Part shown: in pieces, positions 1-8,506 of the stretch
Numbering within the stretch: position 1 is the first letter of the stretch
Layout of the letters: every line of letters begins with the position of its first letter
Origin: an uncultured bacterium
GTDB lineage: Bacteria > Eisenbacteria > RBG-16-71-46 > CAZHEV01
Direction of reading: 5' to 3'
DNA: 64,000 nt
Assembly (NCBI GenBank): GCA_964531335.1
Contig: CAZHEV010000013.1
Coordinates: 22,732 to 86,731 of the forward strand
Position numbers and translations under genes: made by a program
Notes under the pieces: generated by a model
The model's input: the letters and a program-made list of their open reading frames with translations, nothing else
The model's database searches: none
Told to the model about the DNA's origin: nothing

Positions 1-110
1 TCCACGTCGCAGTCGGCGATTACGGCATTGCGCGACATGGAAGCGAAGGCCGCGACCAGAGATGTCTTTCCCGTGCCGCCCTTACCGCTTATGACAGTGA
101 GCTCTTTCAT
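1..110 (-). CDS. P-loop ATPase, MinD/ParA superfamily (start of gene only; continues beyond window start)
   Basis: Reverse-strand ATG at 110-108 preceded by a GGACGGGGA RBS-like stretch; translation MKELTVISGKGGTGKTSLVAAF carries a Walker A motif (GKGGTGKT). Same family as the adjacent 247-1146 gene. Confidence 0.6.
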   Translation of the reverse strand, partial: MKELTVISGKGGTGKTSLVAAFASMSRNAVIADCDV

Positions 111-246
111 TCCCCGTCCGATCTGCTTTGGGATCTCTCCTGCTTGTTTATAGCCGGGGCCCCGCCGCTTGGCATCGCCCTTTTGCCGGTTAAGGCAACC
201 AGTCCCCGATGGCAGCTTTCCGACCGCGACAAGGGCCCCGGCATTA

Positions 247-1146
247 TCAATGGCTTGGGGCCGGTTCTTTGGCTCGGCCCACGATCTCGCTCAAGAGCTT
301 GAGCATGTTCTCTCGCATCTCCGGAATCTCTTCCGCTATCATCTCTCCCCGGGAATAGGCCTCCGCGATCCGGCGGTCGTTCGGGATCCTCGCCAGGATC
401 GGTATCCCCTCGGAGTCGCAATATTTTTCGGTGTCCCCGTTTCCTATTCCGTCACGGTTGATCACCACGCCGAACGGGACCCCCAGCTTCCTGACCATCT
501 CCACGGCGAGCGTAAGGTCGTTCAGTCCGAAGGGGGTCGGCTCCGTGACCAGCAAGCAGAAGTCGGCTCCCTGCACCGCGGCGATCACCGGGCACGAGGT
601 CCCCGGTGAAGCGTCGATGAGCGTCAGCTCTTTGCCGGAGACTGCTCGCTTGACCGCTTTCACCACCGGCGGAATGATCGACTCGCCTACTTTCAGCCGC
701 CCTCCTACGTACTCGATCTCCCCGGCCCTTCCCTTTTCCACCACGCCCACCTCGCGCGGCTCCTCGACGATCGCATCAATGGGACAGGCTATCGAGCAGC
801 CCCCGCATCCGTGGCATAAGTCGTCGAAGACCACCACGCCGCGCGAATGGACGGCGATCGCGTTGAACCTGCATGCCTCGGCGCAGAGCCCGCACAGGTC
901 GCAGGTCTCTGAATCGACCCTAGGCACCGGTCTGGAGACTCGTGTCGTCCTGTGAATCAAAGGACGCAGGAATAGATGTCCGTTCGGTTCTTCCACGTCA
1001 CAGTCGGCATAGCATGTGGCCACGGGGGCTACATGTGCCAGATTGGTGGCCACCGTGGTCTTTCCTGTACCGCCCTTGCCGCTTGCTATTGCGATGATCA
1101 CCTTCGTGTCTCTTTCCTTCGCGCCGGCGTGCGAAACCTCGCCCAT
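247..1146 (-). CDS. MinD-superfamily P-loop ATPase with inserted 4Fe-4S ferredoxin domain (COG1149-like)
   Basis: 299-aa ORF. Walker A IAIASGKGGTGKTT; two ferredoxin-type cysteine clusters (CDLCGLCAEAC and CHGCGGCSIACP). Exact start uncertain. Confidence 0.8.
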   Translation of the reverse strand: MGEVSHAGAKERDTKVIIAIASGKGGTGKTTVATNLAHVAPVATCYADCDVEEPNGHLFLRPLIHRTTRVSRPVPRVDSETCDLCGLCAEACRFNAIAVHSRGVVVFDDLCHGCGGCSIACPIDAIVEEPREVGVVEKGRAGEIEYVGGRLKVGESIIPPVVKAVKRAVSGKELTLIDASPGTSCPVIAAVQGADFCLLVTEPTPFGLNDLTLAVEMVRKLGVPFGVVINRDGIGNGDTEKYCDSEGIPILARIPNDRRIAEAYSRGEMIAEEIPEMRENMLKLLSEIVGRAKEPAPSH

Positions 1147-1271
1147 GCGGGGATGTCACCGGGGAAGCAACCCCGCTCGCAGGGATGCCCGACTCCGATA
1201 TGTGTGATGCACCCAGTCGAAGAGAAAAGTGCCTGGGTGATAACCTGCGAGCGGGCTGCAACCCCGGCTTA

Positions 1272-1646
1272 TTATGTCTCTCTCGTCATCGGCGTCCCGC
1301 ACTTGGGGCACTCCACCTCGTAGCACGGGACCCCTCGCTCGTGAGTCTTTGTTTCTCCGCAGCTCGGGCAGACGCAGTTACCTCCCGGCCCGAAGCCACC
1401 GCCGCCTCCGCGGCCACCGCCGCCTCCGCCGCCTCTGCCCTGGCCTCCGCCGCCTCCGCCGCTACCGCGGCCACCGCCGCCTCTGCCCTGGCCTCCGCCG
1501 CCACCGCCGCCACCGCGACCGGCACCGCCGCCACCGCCGCCTTGTCCGCGGCCACCACCTGCGCCTCCGCCGCTACCGCGGCCACCGCCTGCGCCTCCGC
1601 CGCCTTGTCCGCGGCCACCACCTGCGCCTCCGCCGCTACCTCTCAT
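1272..1646 (-). CDS. Gly/Arg-rich low-complexity protein with C-terminal CxxC...CxxC zinc ribbon
   Basis: Frame chosen because its C-terminus encodes CVCPSCGETKTHERGVPCYEVECPKCG; its ATG (1646-1644) overlaps the stop of the upstream DUF5320 gene (ATGAGAGGTAG), implying translational coupling. The N-terminal two thirds are GGC/CGG-rich tandem codon repeats, so frame assignment is uncertain. Confidence 0.45.
   Translation of the reverse strand: MRGSGGGAGGGRGQGGGGAGGGRGSGGGAGGGRGQGGGGGGAGRGGGGGGGGQGRGGGGRGSGGGGGGQGRGGGGGGGRGGGGGFGPGGNCVCPSCGETKTHERGVPCYEVECPKCGTPMTRET
1390..1640. repeat. GC-rich tandem codon repeat (GGx/CGx) encoding the Gly/Arg low-complexity region
   Basis: Direct reading: repeated ccgcctccgccgc/ggccaccgcc units, open in several frames on both strands. 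Confidence 0.8.
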
Positions 1647-2109
1647 CTCTAGTCTCCAGTTCTTTTATGCGTCCCTGAAGGGCTTGCATCTCCGTCTCCA
1701 TGTCCTTCCTCACGTCACGGAGGTACTGGAGCTCGTCCTCGCGAGAGGGCGCCTCGTACGGGTCCGGATAACCCGAGGGCGCCTCATACGCCATGGGGTA
1801 ACCAGCGAATCTGGGAAAGCCCCTGAAGCCTCCACGGCCCGCGCCGAAGCCTCCACGGCCCGCGCCGAAGCCTCCACGGCCCGCGCCGAAGCCTCCACCG
1901 CGACCGCGGCCCCATCCGCCGGCGCCTCTTCCTCCACCCCAAACGCGTCCTCTTCCGCCTCCCCACGGCGCGAAGCCCCTGCCGGCTCCTCGCATGGGAT
2001 ATGGCGATGGGCCCGTGGCCTCCCTGGCACTGCGAGGACGGCAAAGCCCGAAGCCCCCTCCAGTCCTCGGGCCCATGCCCAGCGGTCCTGTCCTGTCAAA
2101 TCCCGGCAT
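1636..2109 (-). CDS. DUF5320-like protein (Gly/Arg-rich N-terminus, C-terminal coiled-coil)
   Basis: Internal ATG at 2109-2107 with a strong RBS (GGAGGAGG, 8 nt upstream) preferred over the longer track ORF. MPGFDRTGPLGMGPRTGGGFG... N-terminus and ...EDELQYLRDVRKDMETEMQALQGRIKELE C-terminus match my recollection of DUF5320. Confidence 0.65.
   Translation of the reverse strand: MPGFDRTGPLGMGPRTGGGFGLCRPRSAREATGPSPYPMRGAGRGFAPWGGGRGRVWGGGRGAGGWGRGRGGGFGAGRGGFGAGRGGFGAGRGGFRGFPRFAGYPMAYEAPSGYPDPYEAPSREDELQYLRDVRKDMETEMQALQGRIKELETRDER
1825..1887. repeat. 21-bp perfect tandem repeat x3 (gaagcctccacggcccgcgcc) inside the DUF5320-like gene
   Basis: Direct reading; encodes (GFGAGRG)n on the minus strand. 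Confidence 0.9.
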
Positions 2110-2152
2110 TTCGATTACCTCCTCCAGACGCCGACCTATGAAGCCGACTCTT

Positions 2153-2638
2153 TTAGCTGTTCTGTATTCTTCCGTTTCCTCTAGAGCCGCCTCGGCGGCC
2201 CGATCTTCCAAATCCGCGGCCCGCGCCGTTGCGAGCGCCTCGCCTTCCGGAGCCGTCGTCTTCGCAGCAACGTCCCATCCTTCGCCGCTCCCTCCTGGGT
2301 CCCACAGGCACGAGTCCGCCGCAGAACCCATCCTTCGTAAGCCGGCCGGCGAGGAACGCGTCCAGCACATCGTCGACTTCTCCTATAAGTCCGGGGTAGA
2401 CATCGATGCCGTGGCTCACTATGGAGAAATAATCGGACTGGCGAATTCCACCGCACAACAGAACGTCGACTCCGTCGCCCAGCAGAAGTCCGGCACGGCG
2501 CCATCCCTGAACGTCCTTCACGGATCTTTCCGAACGCTCTTCAACCGATTCGCCGTTCGCGCGAACGAGCAAGATGGCTGGAGCGCTGTCGAACCTCGGG
2601 GACACTCTGTTCCCGAAAATTGGAATGGCGATATTCAT
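2153..2638 (-). CDS. NifB/NifX-type dinitrogenase FeMo-cofactor-binding domain protein with Arg/Gly-rich C-terminal tail
   Basis: Start at internal ATG 2638-2636 (MNIAIPIFGNRVSPRFDSAPAILLV...GVDVLLCGGI...); resembles the NifX/NifB C-terminal-domain family. The tail GRRGARNGAGRGFGRSGRRGGSRG is low complexity. Confidence 0.7.
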   Translation of the reverse strand: MNIAIPIFGNRVSPRFDSAPAILLVRANGESVEERSERSVKDVQGWRRAGLLLGDGVDVLLCGGIRQSDYFSIVSHGIDVYPGLIGEVDDVLDAFLAGRLTKDGFCGGLVPVGPRRERRRMGRCCEDDGSGRRGARNGAGRGFGRSGRRGGSRGNGRIQNS

Positions 2639-2753
2639 ATTGCTACCCTCGTTCCCTAATAAGACGCACGATCCATGCCACTTCCCTTGCACTTATCTAG
2701 CTCTTTGTTTGTCAAGGGATTAAAGGTGCCCGTGGTTTCGGCGCCGCCGAGTA

Positions 2754-2808
2754 AAAGTAGCAATAATGCTACTTTCTCGCATGGTAAAGGTGGCAATCCT
2801 GCTACTTT
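2754..2808. promoter_or_regulatory. Candidate operator: perfect 9-4-9 inverted repeat AAAGTAGCA-ATAA-TGCTACTTT (2754-2775) plus a second half-site copy GCAATCCTGCTACTTT (2793-2808)
   Basis: Direct reading; lies in the divergent intergenic region between the NifX-like operon (minus) and the lyase gene (plus). Confidence 0.35.
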
Positions 2809-3097
2809 GTCGTGAGAGTATTCGATGGCCGGGGTCGGGCGTTGATCGGCGGGGAGCGCGAGAGCCCGCCCGTTCGGTGGCCGTGAAGACGAAAGGATAT
2901 GGGAGGGGACGCGCAGCTCGGCGCAACGGTCCCTTGCGGCCCGCATGTGCGCGGCCGGCCGTTTCAATAACACAAGCGCCGCCCGGGGTCCGAGACCGAA
3001 TGAAGAGCCGGGGTGACTGGGGGGCTACAAGCTGCTATTGTGCTTTGTGGTCGCCGCCCCGCGGGGGGGCAAGAGGTGATAGGAGGGCTTCTAGGAA

Positions 3098-4765
3098 ATG
3101 CATGACTCGGCCAAGTTCTTCATAGACAAGTTCCGGGAACTTATCGCTCTGGCGCCCGCCCTCGGTCGCTATTACGCGCCGAGGCCCTACAGAAACGCCG
3201 CCGTGCGCTTCAGGAACCCCGATTGCGCGATCGGGGACTTCGAGGCGAGATACGATATCGCCGAAAGCACCGGCTTCAACGTCTTCATGTTCCCCTCGAA
3301 CATGATACCGGGTTGCGACCTGCTCTCGGACTCGGGCACCTCCACTATGACTGTCAAGCAATGGGCGGAGATGATTCAGGGCGATGAGGCCTATGGCTCC
3401 AACGAGGGCTTCCAGGAGCTCAAGGATCAGATCGTCGACACCTTCGGGCCGCAGTGGGCACAGCTCAAGTCGGAGAACGAGGTTCTTTTCTTGTTCCATC
3501 AGGGACGCGCCGCCGAGCACGCGATGTTCACATTGCTGGGCGGGGAGCTGGGGCGGCGCGCCGGCGAGGTCGGACCGCTTGCCGGGTCATCTTTCATGAG
3601 CGAGATCCCGGAGGACTTGAGAAAGAGCATAACCGATGAGATCGAGGCCATAGAGAGGCGCATGCACAGAACGGGGGTGGCGGGCAAACAGGTCGAGTTT
3701 TTGATTCCGAGCAACGGCCATTTCGACACCACCCAGGAAAACATAGAGGACAGCTTCATCGTGCCGCTCAACCTGCCCTGCAAGGAGCACATGGCCAAGG
3801 ACGAGGCGTTTCCCTTTCGCGGGAACATGGACATCGACGCGCTCGAGCTGCTCCTGGAACATGCCGGCGATCGCGTTCCTCTCGTCATACTCACGATCAC
3901 CAACAACACGGGCGGAGGCCAGCCCGTGTCCATGGCGAACATAAAGGCCGTGAGCGAGGCGGCGCATGAGCACGGAGTTCCCTTTATCTTCGACGCGTGC
4001 CGGTTCGCCGAGAACGCCTGGTACATCATGGAGCGCGAGGAAGGGTTCCGCGAAAAAGGGATCAGGCACATAGTCCGCGAGATGTTCAGCTACGTGGACG
4101 GATTTCACATAAGCCTCAAGAAAGACGGTCTCGTCAACATGGGCGGCGGGCTGCTCATAAAGCCCGACGGATTGATGGATGAGAAATACCCCGCCCTGAA
4201 GGACAAGCTGACGGACTGGCAGATCATGGTCGAAGGGCATCCCACGTACGGAGGCCTTGCGGGCAGGGACATAAAGGGCGTCGCTGAAGGACTAAGGACG
4301 ATAGTCAGAAGAGAGTACCTCGATCACCGGATAGGCCAGGTCGAAGCCTTCGGCCGAAAGCTAAGCGAGTACGGAATCCCCATAGCGAAGCCCATAGGGG
4401 GACACGCGGTCTACATAGACATAGACGAATTCTTCGACGGCCAGAACGTCAAGGACGAAGACTATAAGGGGATCGCCTTCACCGCGCTGTTGCTCGTGGC
4501 CGGCCACCGCCTCTGCGAGCTCGGGGTGCTTGCCTTCGGCCGCTACGATCCAGAGGCCGGCGTGGAGGTCCCGCCCAGCCCGAGAGTCAACTACGTGCGC
4601 GCCGCCGTTCCGCGATTGGCATACGAGGATCAGGACCTTTTCTCCGTGGCCGAGGCGGTGAGAGTCCTGCACGAGCACCGCGACCGCATACCGGCAATGC
4701 GGATAGTGTACGGCAGGGACCTGACGGTGCGGCACTTCAAGAGCAGGTTCGAGTTCGCGGGCTAG
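3098..4765 (+). CDS. Beta-eliminating lyase, tryptophanase/tyrosine phenol-lyase family (PLP-dependent)
   Basis: 555 aa; RBS AGGAGGG before ATG. Family motifs: DSGTSTM, GNMDIDALELL...TNNTGGGQPVSMANIKAV, DACRFAENAWYIMERE, PLP-lysine context SLKKDGLVNMGGG. Longer than canonical TnaA (N-terminal extension and an internal insert). Substrate not assignable. Confidence 0.85.
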   Translation: MHDSAKFFIDKFRELIALAPALGRYYAPRPYRNAAVRFRNPDCAIGDFEARYDIAESTGFNVFMFPSNMIPGCDLLSDSGTSTMTVKQWAEMIQGDEAYGSNEGFQELKDQIVDTFGPQWAQLKSENEVLFLFHQGRAAEHAMFTLLGGELGRRAGEVGPLAGSSFMSEIPEDLRKSITDEIEAIERRMHRTGVAGKQVEFLIPSNGHFDTTQENIEDSFIVPLNLPCKEHMAKDEAFPFRGNMDIDALELLLEHAGDRVPLVILTITNNTGGGQPVSMANIKAVSEAAHEHGVPFIFDACRFAENAWYIMEREEGFREKGIRHIVREMFSYVDGFHISLKKDGLVNMGGGLLIKPDGLMDEKYPALKDKLTDWQIMVEGHPTYGGLAGRDIKGVAEGLRTIVRREYLDHRIGQVEAFGRKLSEYGIPIAKPIGGHAVYIDIDEFFDGQNVKDEDYKGIAFTALLLVAGHRLCELGVLAFGRYDPEAGVEVPPSPRVNYVRAAVPRLAYEDQDLFSVAEAVRVLHEHRDRIPAMRIVYGRDLTVRHFKSRFEFAG

Positions 4766-5056
4766 GGGCCGCGACGATCGGCCCGGTGCGCATCTGGTGG
4801 CCCCAAAGTCGTTCCTCTAAGGAGCTTATCGGTTGCCTCGACGGCAGGCCCCATCCGCGTATCGCCCTCTGAGAGCGTCGCGCTGGCCGCACCATTCATT
4901 CACGCCGCCCTTATCGCGGCGCCGCTAATTAGCGTGTCAAGCTCATGAAAATGGTGTACAATCCGGGCGTAGAGCCGTGGGAAACGCCTAGCGGTCCTTG
5001 GGGCGCGCCACGCGAGCCCCATCGGTTTTCCATTCACGGGTGACGAAGGGAGGCGG

Positions 5057-6106
5057 ATGACGATGGAAAAGGCCAACTTGAACTGGGGAGAGCTCCCCTT
5101 TGGGTACAGGCGTACCGACTGCCACATTGAGTACCGCTTCAGTGACGGCAAATGGGATGATGGGAAACTTGTCGATGACGACAGGCTGGACCTCAGCATC
5201 TCCGCCACCTGCCTGCATTACGGCCAGCAGTGCTTCGAAGGGGCAAAGGTTTTCGAGACCAAGGACGGAAGGGCGCTGGCCTTCAGGATCGAGAAGAACG
5301 CCGAGCGAATGGCGTACTCGGCGAACAAGATCCTGATGGAGCCCTTGCCGGTCGAAAAGTTCGTCGAGGCCGTCTTCAGAGTGGTCGACGCGAACCGCCG
5401 GTTCATCCCTCCGTTCGGCAGCGGAGCGAGCCTCTACGTCAGGCCTTTGTTGATAGGCACCTCGCCTCTGATAGGCGTGAAGCCTTCGACCGAGTACCTC
5501 TTCTTGATCTTCGTAAGCCCCGTCGGGCCGTACTTCAAGACCGGGCTGAAGCCCATCAAGCTGATAGTGGAGGAGTCCTTCGACAGGGCGGCTCCCAACG
5601 GGGTCGGCGACGCCAAGGTGGGCGGCAACTACGCCGCGGGGCTGAGGGCCTCCAGGAAGGCGCAGGAGGCGGGATACACCGAGGTCCTCTATCTCGACGC
5701 GGCGAGGAAGGAGTATCTGGACGAGTCCGGTCCCGCCAACTTCTTCGGAATCACTCCGGACAACAATTACGTAACGCCGGAATCGCCGTCCATCCTGAAG
5801 AGCATCACCAACATGAGCCTTAGGACCCTGGCCGAGGACCTGGGCATGGGGGTGGAGCGGCGGCCCGTGCACGTCAACGAGATATTCTACTTCAAGGAAG
5901 CCGGATGCTGCGGTACCGCGGCCGTCATTACCCCCGTCAAGAGCATCACCTTCAGGGACAGTACTGTAACTTACTGCGAGCGAGACGAGGTAGGCCCGTC
6001 GTCGAAGAAGCTCTATGAAACCTTGACCGGCATTCAAATGGGCGAGGTCGAGGACAAGTACGGATGGACCACCGAGATCCCCGTGGGCTCCAAGGTGGGC
6101 TCCTAG
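5057..6106 (+). CDS. ilvE: Branched-chain amino acid aminotransferase (class IV aminotransferase)
   Basis: 349 aa; RBS GAAGGGAGG; overall resemblance to IlvE (FGTSPLIGV, GDAKVGGNYAAGL, EAGCCGTAAVITPV). Confidence 0.9.
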   Translation: MTMEKANLNWGELPFGYRRTDCHIEYRFSDGKWDDGKLVDDDRLDLSISATCLHYGQQCFEGAKVFETKDGRALAFRIEKNAERMAYSANKILMEPLPVEKFVEAVFRVVDANRRFIPPFGSGASLYVRPLLIGTSPLIGVKPSTEYLFLIFVSPVGPYFKTGLKPIKLIVEESFDRAAPNGVGDAKVGGNYAAGLRASRKAQEAGYTEVLYLDAARKEYLDESGPANFFGITPDNNYVTPESPSILKSITNMSLRTLAEDLGMGVERRPVHVNEIFYFKEAGCCGTAAVITPVKSITFRDSTVTYCERDEVGPSSKKLYETLTGIQMGEVEDKYGWTTEIPVGSKVGS

Positions 6107-6130
6107 GGGGATCCCGCCCAGACACCGCTG

Positions 6131-6159
6131 TTGACATCACACTCGCCCCCGCGCATAAT
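6131..6159 (+). promoter_or_regulatory. Near-consensus sigma70-type promoter TTGACA-17-CATAAT
   Basis: Direct reading: TTGACA at 6131-6136, 17-nt spacer, CATAAT at 6154-6159; about 230 nt upstream of the 6388 gene. Confidence 0.4.
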
Positions 6160-6387
6160 GGCTCCTCGGTTGGGAGGGAATCGCGCGGGGGCGTCCCGCG
6201 TAGACCCTGTTTTCGGCTCGTTAAGCTCGTTTGAGACACATAGACTGGACCCCTCGGCCGCCCCGGATCACTCGTGCCCGGGCAGCCCCGGGCGTCATTC
6301 CCTAAGCTGACAGCAGGCTCCGCCTTACATAGCCATGTGAACAAGCAGTGCTTTGCCGTGTGTCCCTGCAAACTCGGGAGGTAAGCC

Positions 6388-8340
6388 ATGAGACACGTTT
6401 CGGTTGGAAGCCGCTTCGTTTACGCCGTCCTAGCCGGAGCCGTTCTCCTCGGTCTGTGGAGCCGCCCCTGTCAGTCTGATGACTGGAAGGGTCTGGCAAA
6501 GAAAAACTCCTTTTGGGCTGAGCTCAAGCGCGAGCACGGGGCCGCGGCGGGGGCGGTCATGTTGCTCGAGGAGGCCGAGACCCGAGTCAGGATCGAGCGC
6601 GGCTACAGTCAGACCAAGACTTACTACACTTACGTGGCCGCGATCTTGGATCCCGTCGAGGCCTACGAACTGGGCGAGTGGCGGGTTTGGAAGCTGCCAT
6701 CCAGCGCCATCGGTGATATCTCAGCTAATACATATCTAAAGTCAGGCAAGAAAGTCTCGGTTAGATCCGATGACGTTCGCGAGGCCAAGTCGGGCGACGC
6801 TACCGTGTACGAGTTCGCTCTGCCGCACTTCAAAGAGAACTGCATAGTCGAGGTCAAATACTGGATTGCCAATGAGGGCTGGTTCGTGGGTACCGAATGG
6901 CTCTTCGGCGGCAGCCACCCCACGCAGGTCTCGAGGCTGAGGCTCCTGTTTCCGGCGTGGATCGCCGAAATCAGCGCCTCCGATTGGCCCCAGGCATACG
7001 CTGCCAGAAGGGCGGTTCCAAAGCCGAAGTTCGACAGGGAGTTCACGACCGACGGGGACGTGGTGAGCTTCACATGGGAGCTCAAAGACCTGCCCGGAGT
7101 CCGGGAGGAGCCCTATATGCCGCCCGTGCGGGATCTGGTTCCGGCCGTCAAGATCGGGGCGACGCAGAAGGGGTTCCCCTGGGACCAGGCGTGCCGGTGG
7201 TATTTCGAGACCTACCTCATGGAAAGACTCGACCCCAAGCCCGAGATAAAGCAGTTGGCGATGAAGCTGTCCTCCGGAAAGGGCTCTCGAGAGGCCAGGC
7301 TTCGGTCCCTGTACGATTACGTGCGAAAGAACGTGCGGTACACGGACATTCCGCTTACCAAGAGCGGCATCTGTCCGAAGCACCCCGAGACGGTCTTGAG
7401 GAACGCGAACGGAGACTGCAAGGATCAGGCGACCCTGCTCGTAGCCCTGGCCGGGGCGATAGGACTGCCGGCCAAGTGCGCTCTTGTGCGGACCAGGGAC
7501 CTGGGTGAGGTCGAGGAGCGCATCACCGACCTGGGCGCGTTCAACCATATGATCGCGGTGGCCGACTTGGACGGGGCCGAATACTGGCTCGACCCGACCG
7601 CCACGCCCTGCCCGTTCGGCGAGCTGCCCCTCCAGGACCAGGGCGTGCGCGCTTTGGTCATAGATGAAGGCGGCGACTCCGGTTTTCGCACGACGCCGGT
7701 GAGCGGCCCCGGCGATAACAGCACGATGACCTGGACGACGGCGGTGCTGGGGGAGGATGGTTCGATCGAGGCTGAAATACGAATGTGTCCGAAGGGCCAA
7801 CACGCCTCAGGATGGCGACATGTTCTGAGCACGGCGAAGGACGAGGACATACAGAGATACCTCAATTACAGGTGCAAGGGCGCAGAGATCAAGGAGTGGT
7901 CTGCGGAAGGGGGCGAGATGTACGGCGCCGATCTCGAGTTGCGATGCAGCTTCGAGAAAGCCGACTTCGCCACCGTGGCCGAGGACATAATAGTCTTGAA
8001 GCCGGCTGTCTATTCCGAGCCGGACCTATGTAACAGATTCTCAGGCGATCGCAGAGAATACCCCATCAATATGCTGTCAATGGCATGTTGGGTGGATTCG
8101 GTGACGGTCGTGATTCCGGACGGATACGGGATCCAGGAGCCCCCCGAGCCGGTGCGCTTGGAAGGGCCCCTCGGGGAGTTCGAGATGAGCCTGGCCGTTC
8201 ACGGGGACGAGCTCAGATGCTACCGGCGCTTCGAGATCGACACGCTGGTGTGCGGCAAACATCAATACCCCGACCTCAGGGAGTTCCTGGGCCGGATTCG
8301 CAAGTGTTGCGGCAAGGGCATAGTGCTGAAGAAGGTGTGA
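6388..8340 (+). CDS. DUF3857 / transglutaminase-like domain protein with N-terminal signal peptide
   Basis: 650 aa; hydrophobic N-terminus; transglutaminase-core-like Cys region (NGDCKDQATLLVALAGAIGLPA) with downstream His/Asp. Confidence 0.75.
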   Translation: MRHVSVGSRFVYAVLAGAVLLGLWSRPCQSDDWKGLAKKNSFWAELKREHGAAAGAVMLLEEAETRVRIERGYSQTKTYYTYVAAILDPVEAYELGEWRVWKLPSSAIGDISANTYLKSGKKVSVRSDDVREAKSGDATVYEFALPHFKENCIVEVKYWIANEGWFVGTEWLFGGSHPTQVSRLRLLFPAWIAEISASDWPQAYAARRAVPKPKFDREFTTDGDVVSFTWELKDLPGVREEPYMPPVRDLVPAVKIGATQKGFPWDQACRWYFETYLMERLDPKPEIKQLAMKLSSGKGSREARLRSLYDYVRKNVRYTDIPLTKSGICPKHPETVLRNANGDCKDQATLLVALAGAIGLPAKCALVRTRDLGEVEERITDLGAFNHMIAVADLDGAEYWLDPTATPCPFGELPLQDQGVRALVIDEGGDSGFRTTPVSGPGDNSTMTWTTAVLGEDGSIEAEIRMCPKGQHASGWRHVLSTAKDEDIQRYLNYRCKGAEIKEWSAEGGEMYGADLELRCSFEKADFATVAEDIIVLKPAVYSEPDLCNRFSGDRREYPINMLSMACWVDSVTVVIPDGYGIQEPPEPVRLEGPLGEFEMSLAVHGDELRCYRRFEIDTLVCGKHQYPDLREFLGRIRKCCGKGIVLKKV

Positions 8341-8506
8341 CGGCGCGGGGCGCCCTATATCTGCCGGAGATACTGTATCTTCATGAAGTACTGGCGGCTT
8401 GTCTGGGTCCAGCCCCGGCGGCCGTCCTCGGCGATCTTGCGGTGAAATAGGTGTTGAAGAGATCGCCGCCCTCCTGGAAGAAGGGCCGCATGGGAAGGCG
8501 ATGAGA

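Noticed and set aside
1390-1640. CRISPR array (also considered for 1825-1887 and 61189-61368)
   Set aside because: Repeats are short (18-21 bp), directly abutting with no spacers, and lie in-frame inside coding sequences; no cas genes in the window.
1185-1678. Alternative frames over the GGC/CGG repeat (Ala-rich plus-strand ORF, Arg/Leu-rich plus-strand ORF, Ala/Glu-rich minus-strand ORF)
   Set aside because: Only the chosen minus-strand frame ends in a CxxC...CxxC zinc ribbon and is start-coupled to the upstream gene; the others are repeat-driven open frames.
1636-2370. Full-length 244-aa version of the DUF5320-like ORF
   Set aside because: The N-terminal 87 residues overlap the NifX-like gene and lack family resemblance; the internal ATG at 2109 has a strong RBS and gives a family-typical N-terminus.
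2789-2806. Sigma54 promoter (TGGCA...TGCTA)
   Set aside because: GG and GC elements are about 8 nt apart instead of the 10 required; better explained as the second half-site of the palindromic motif.
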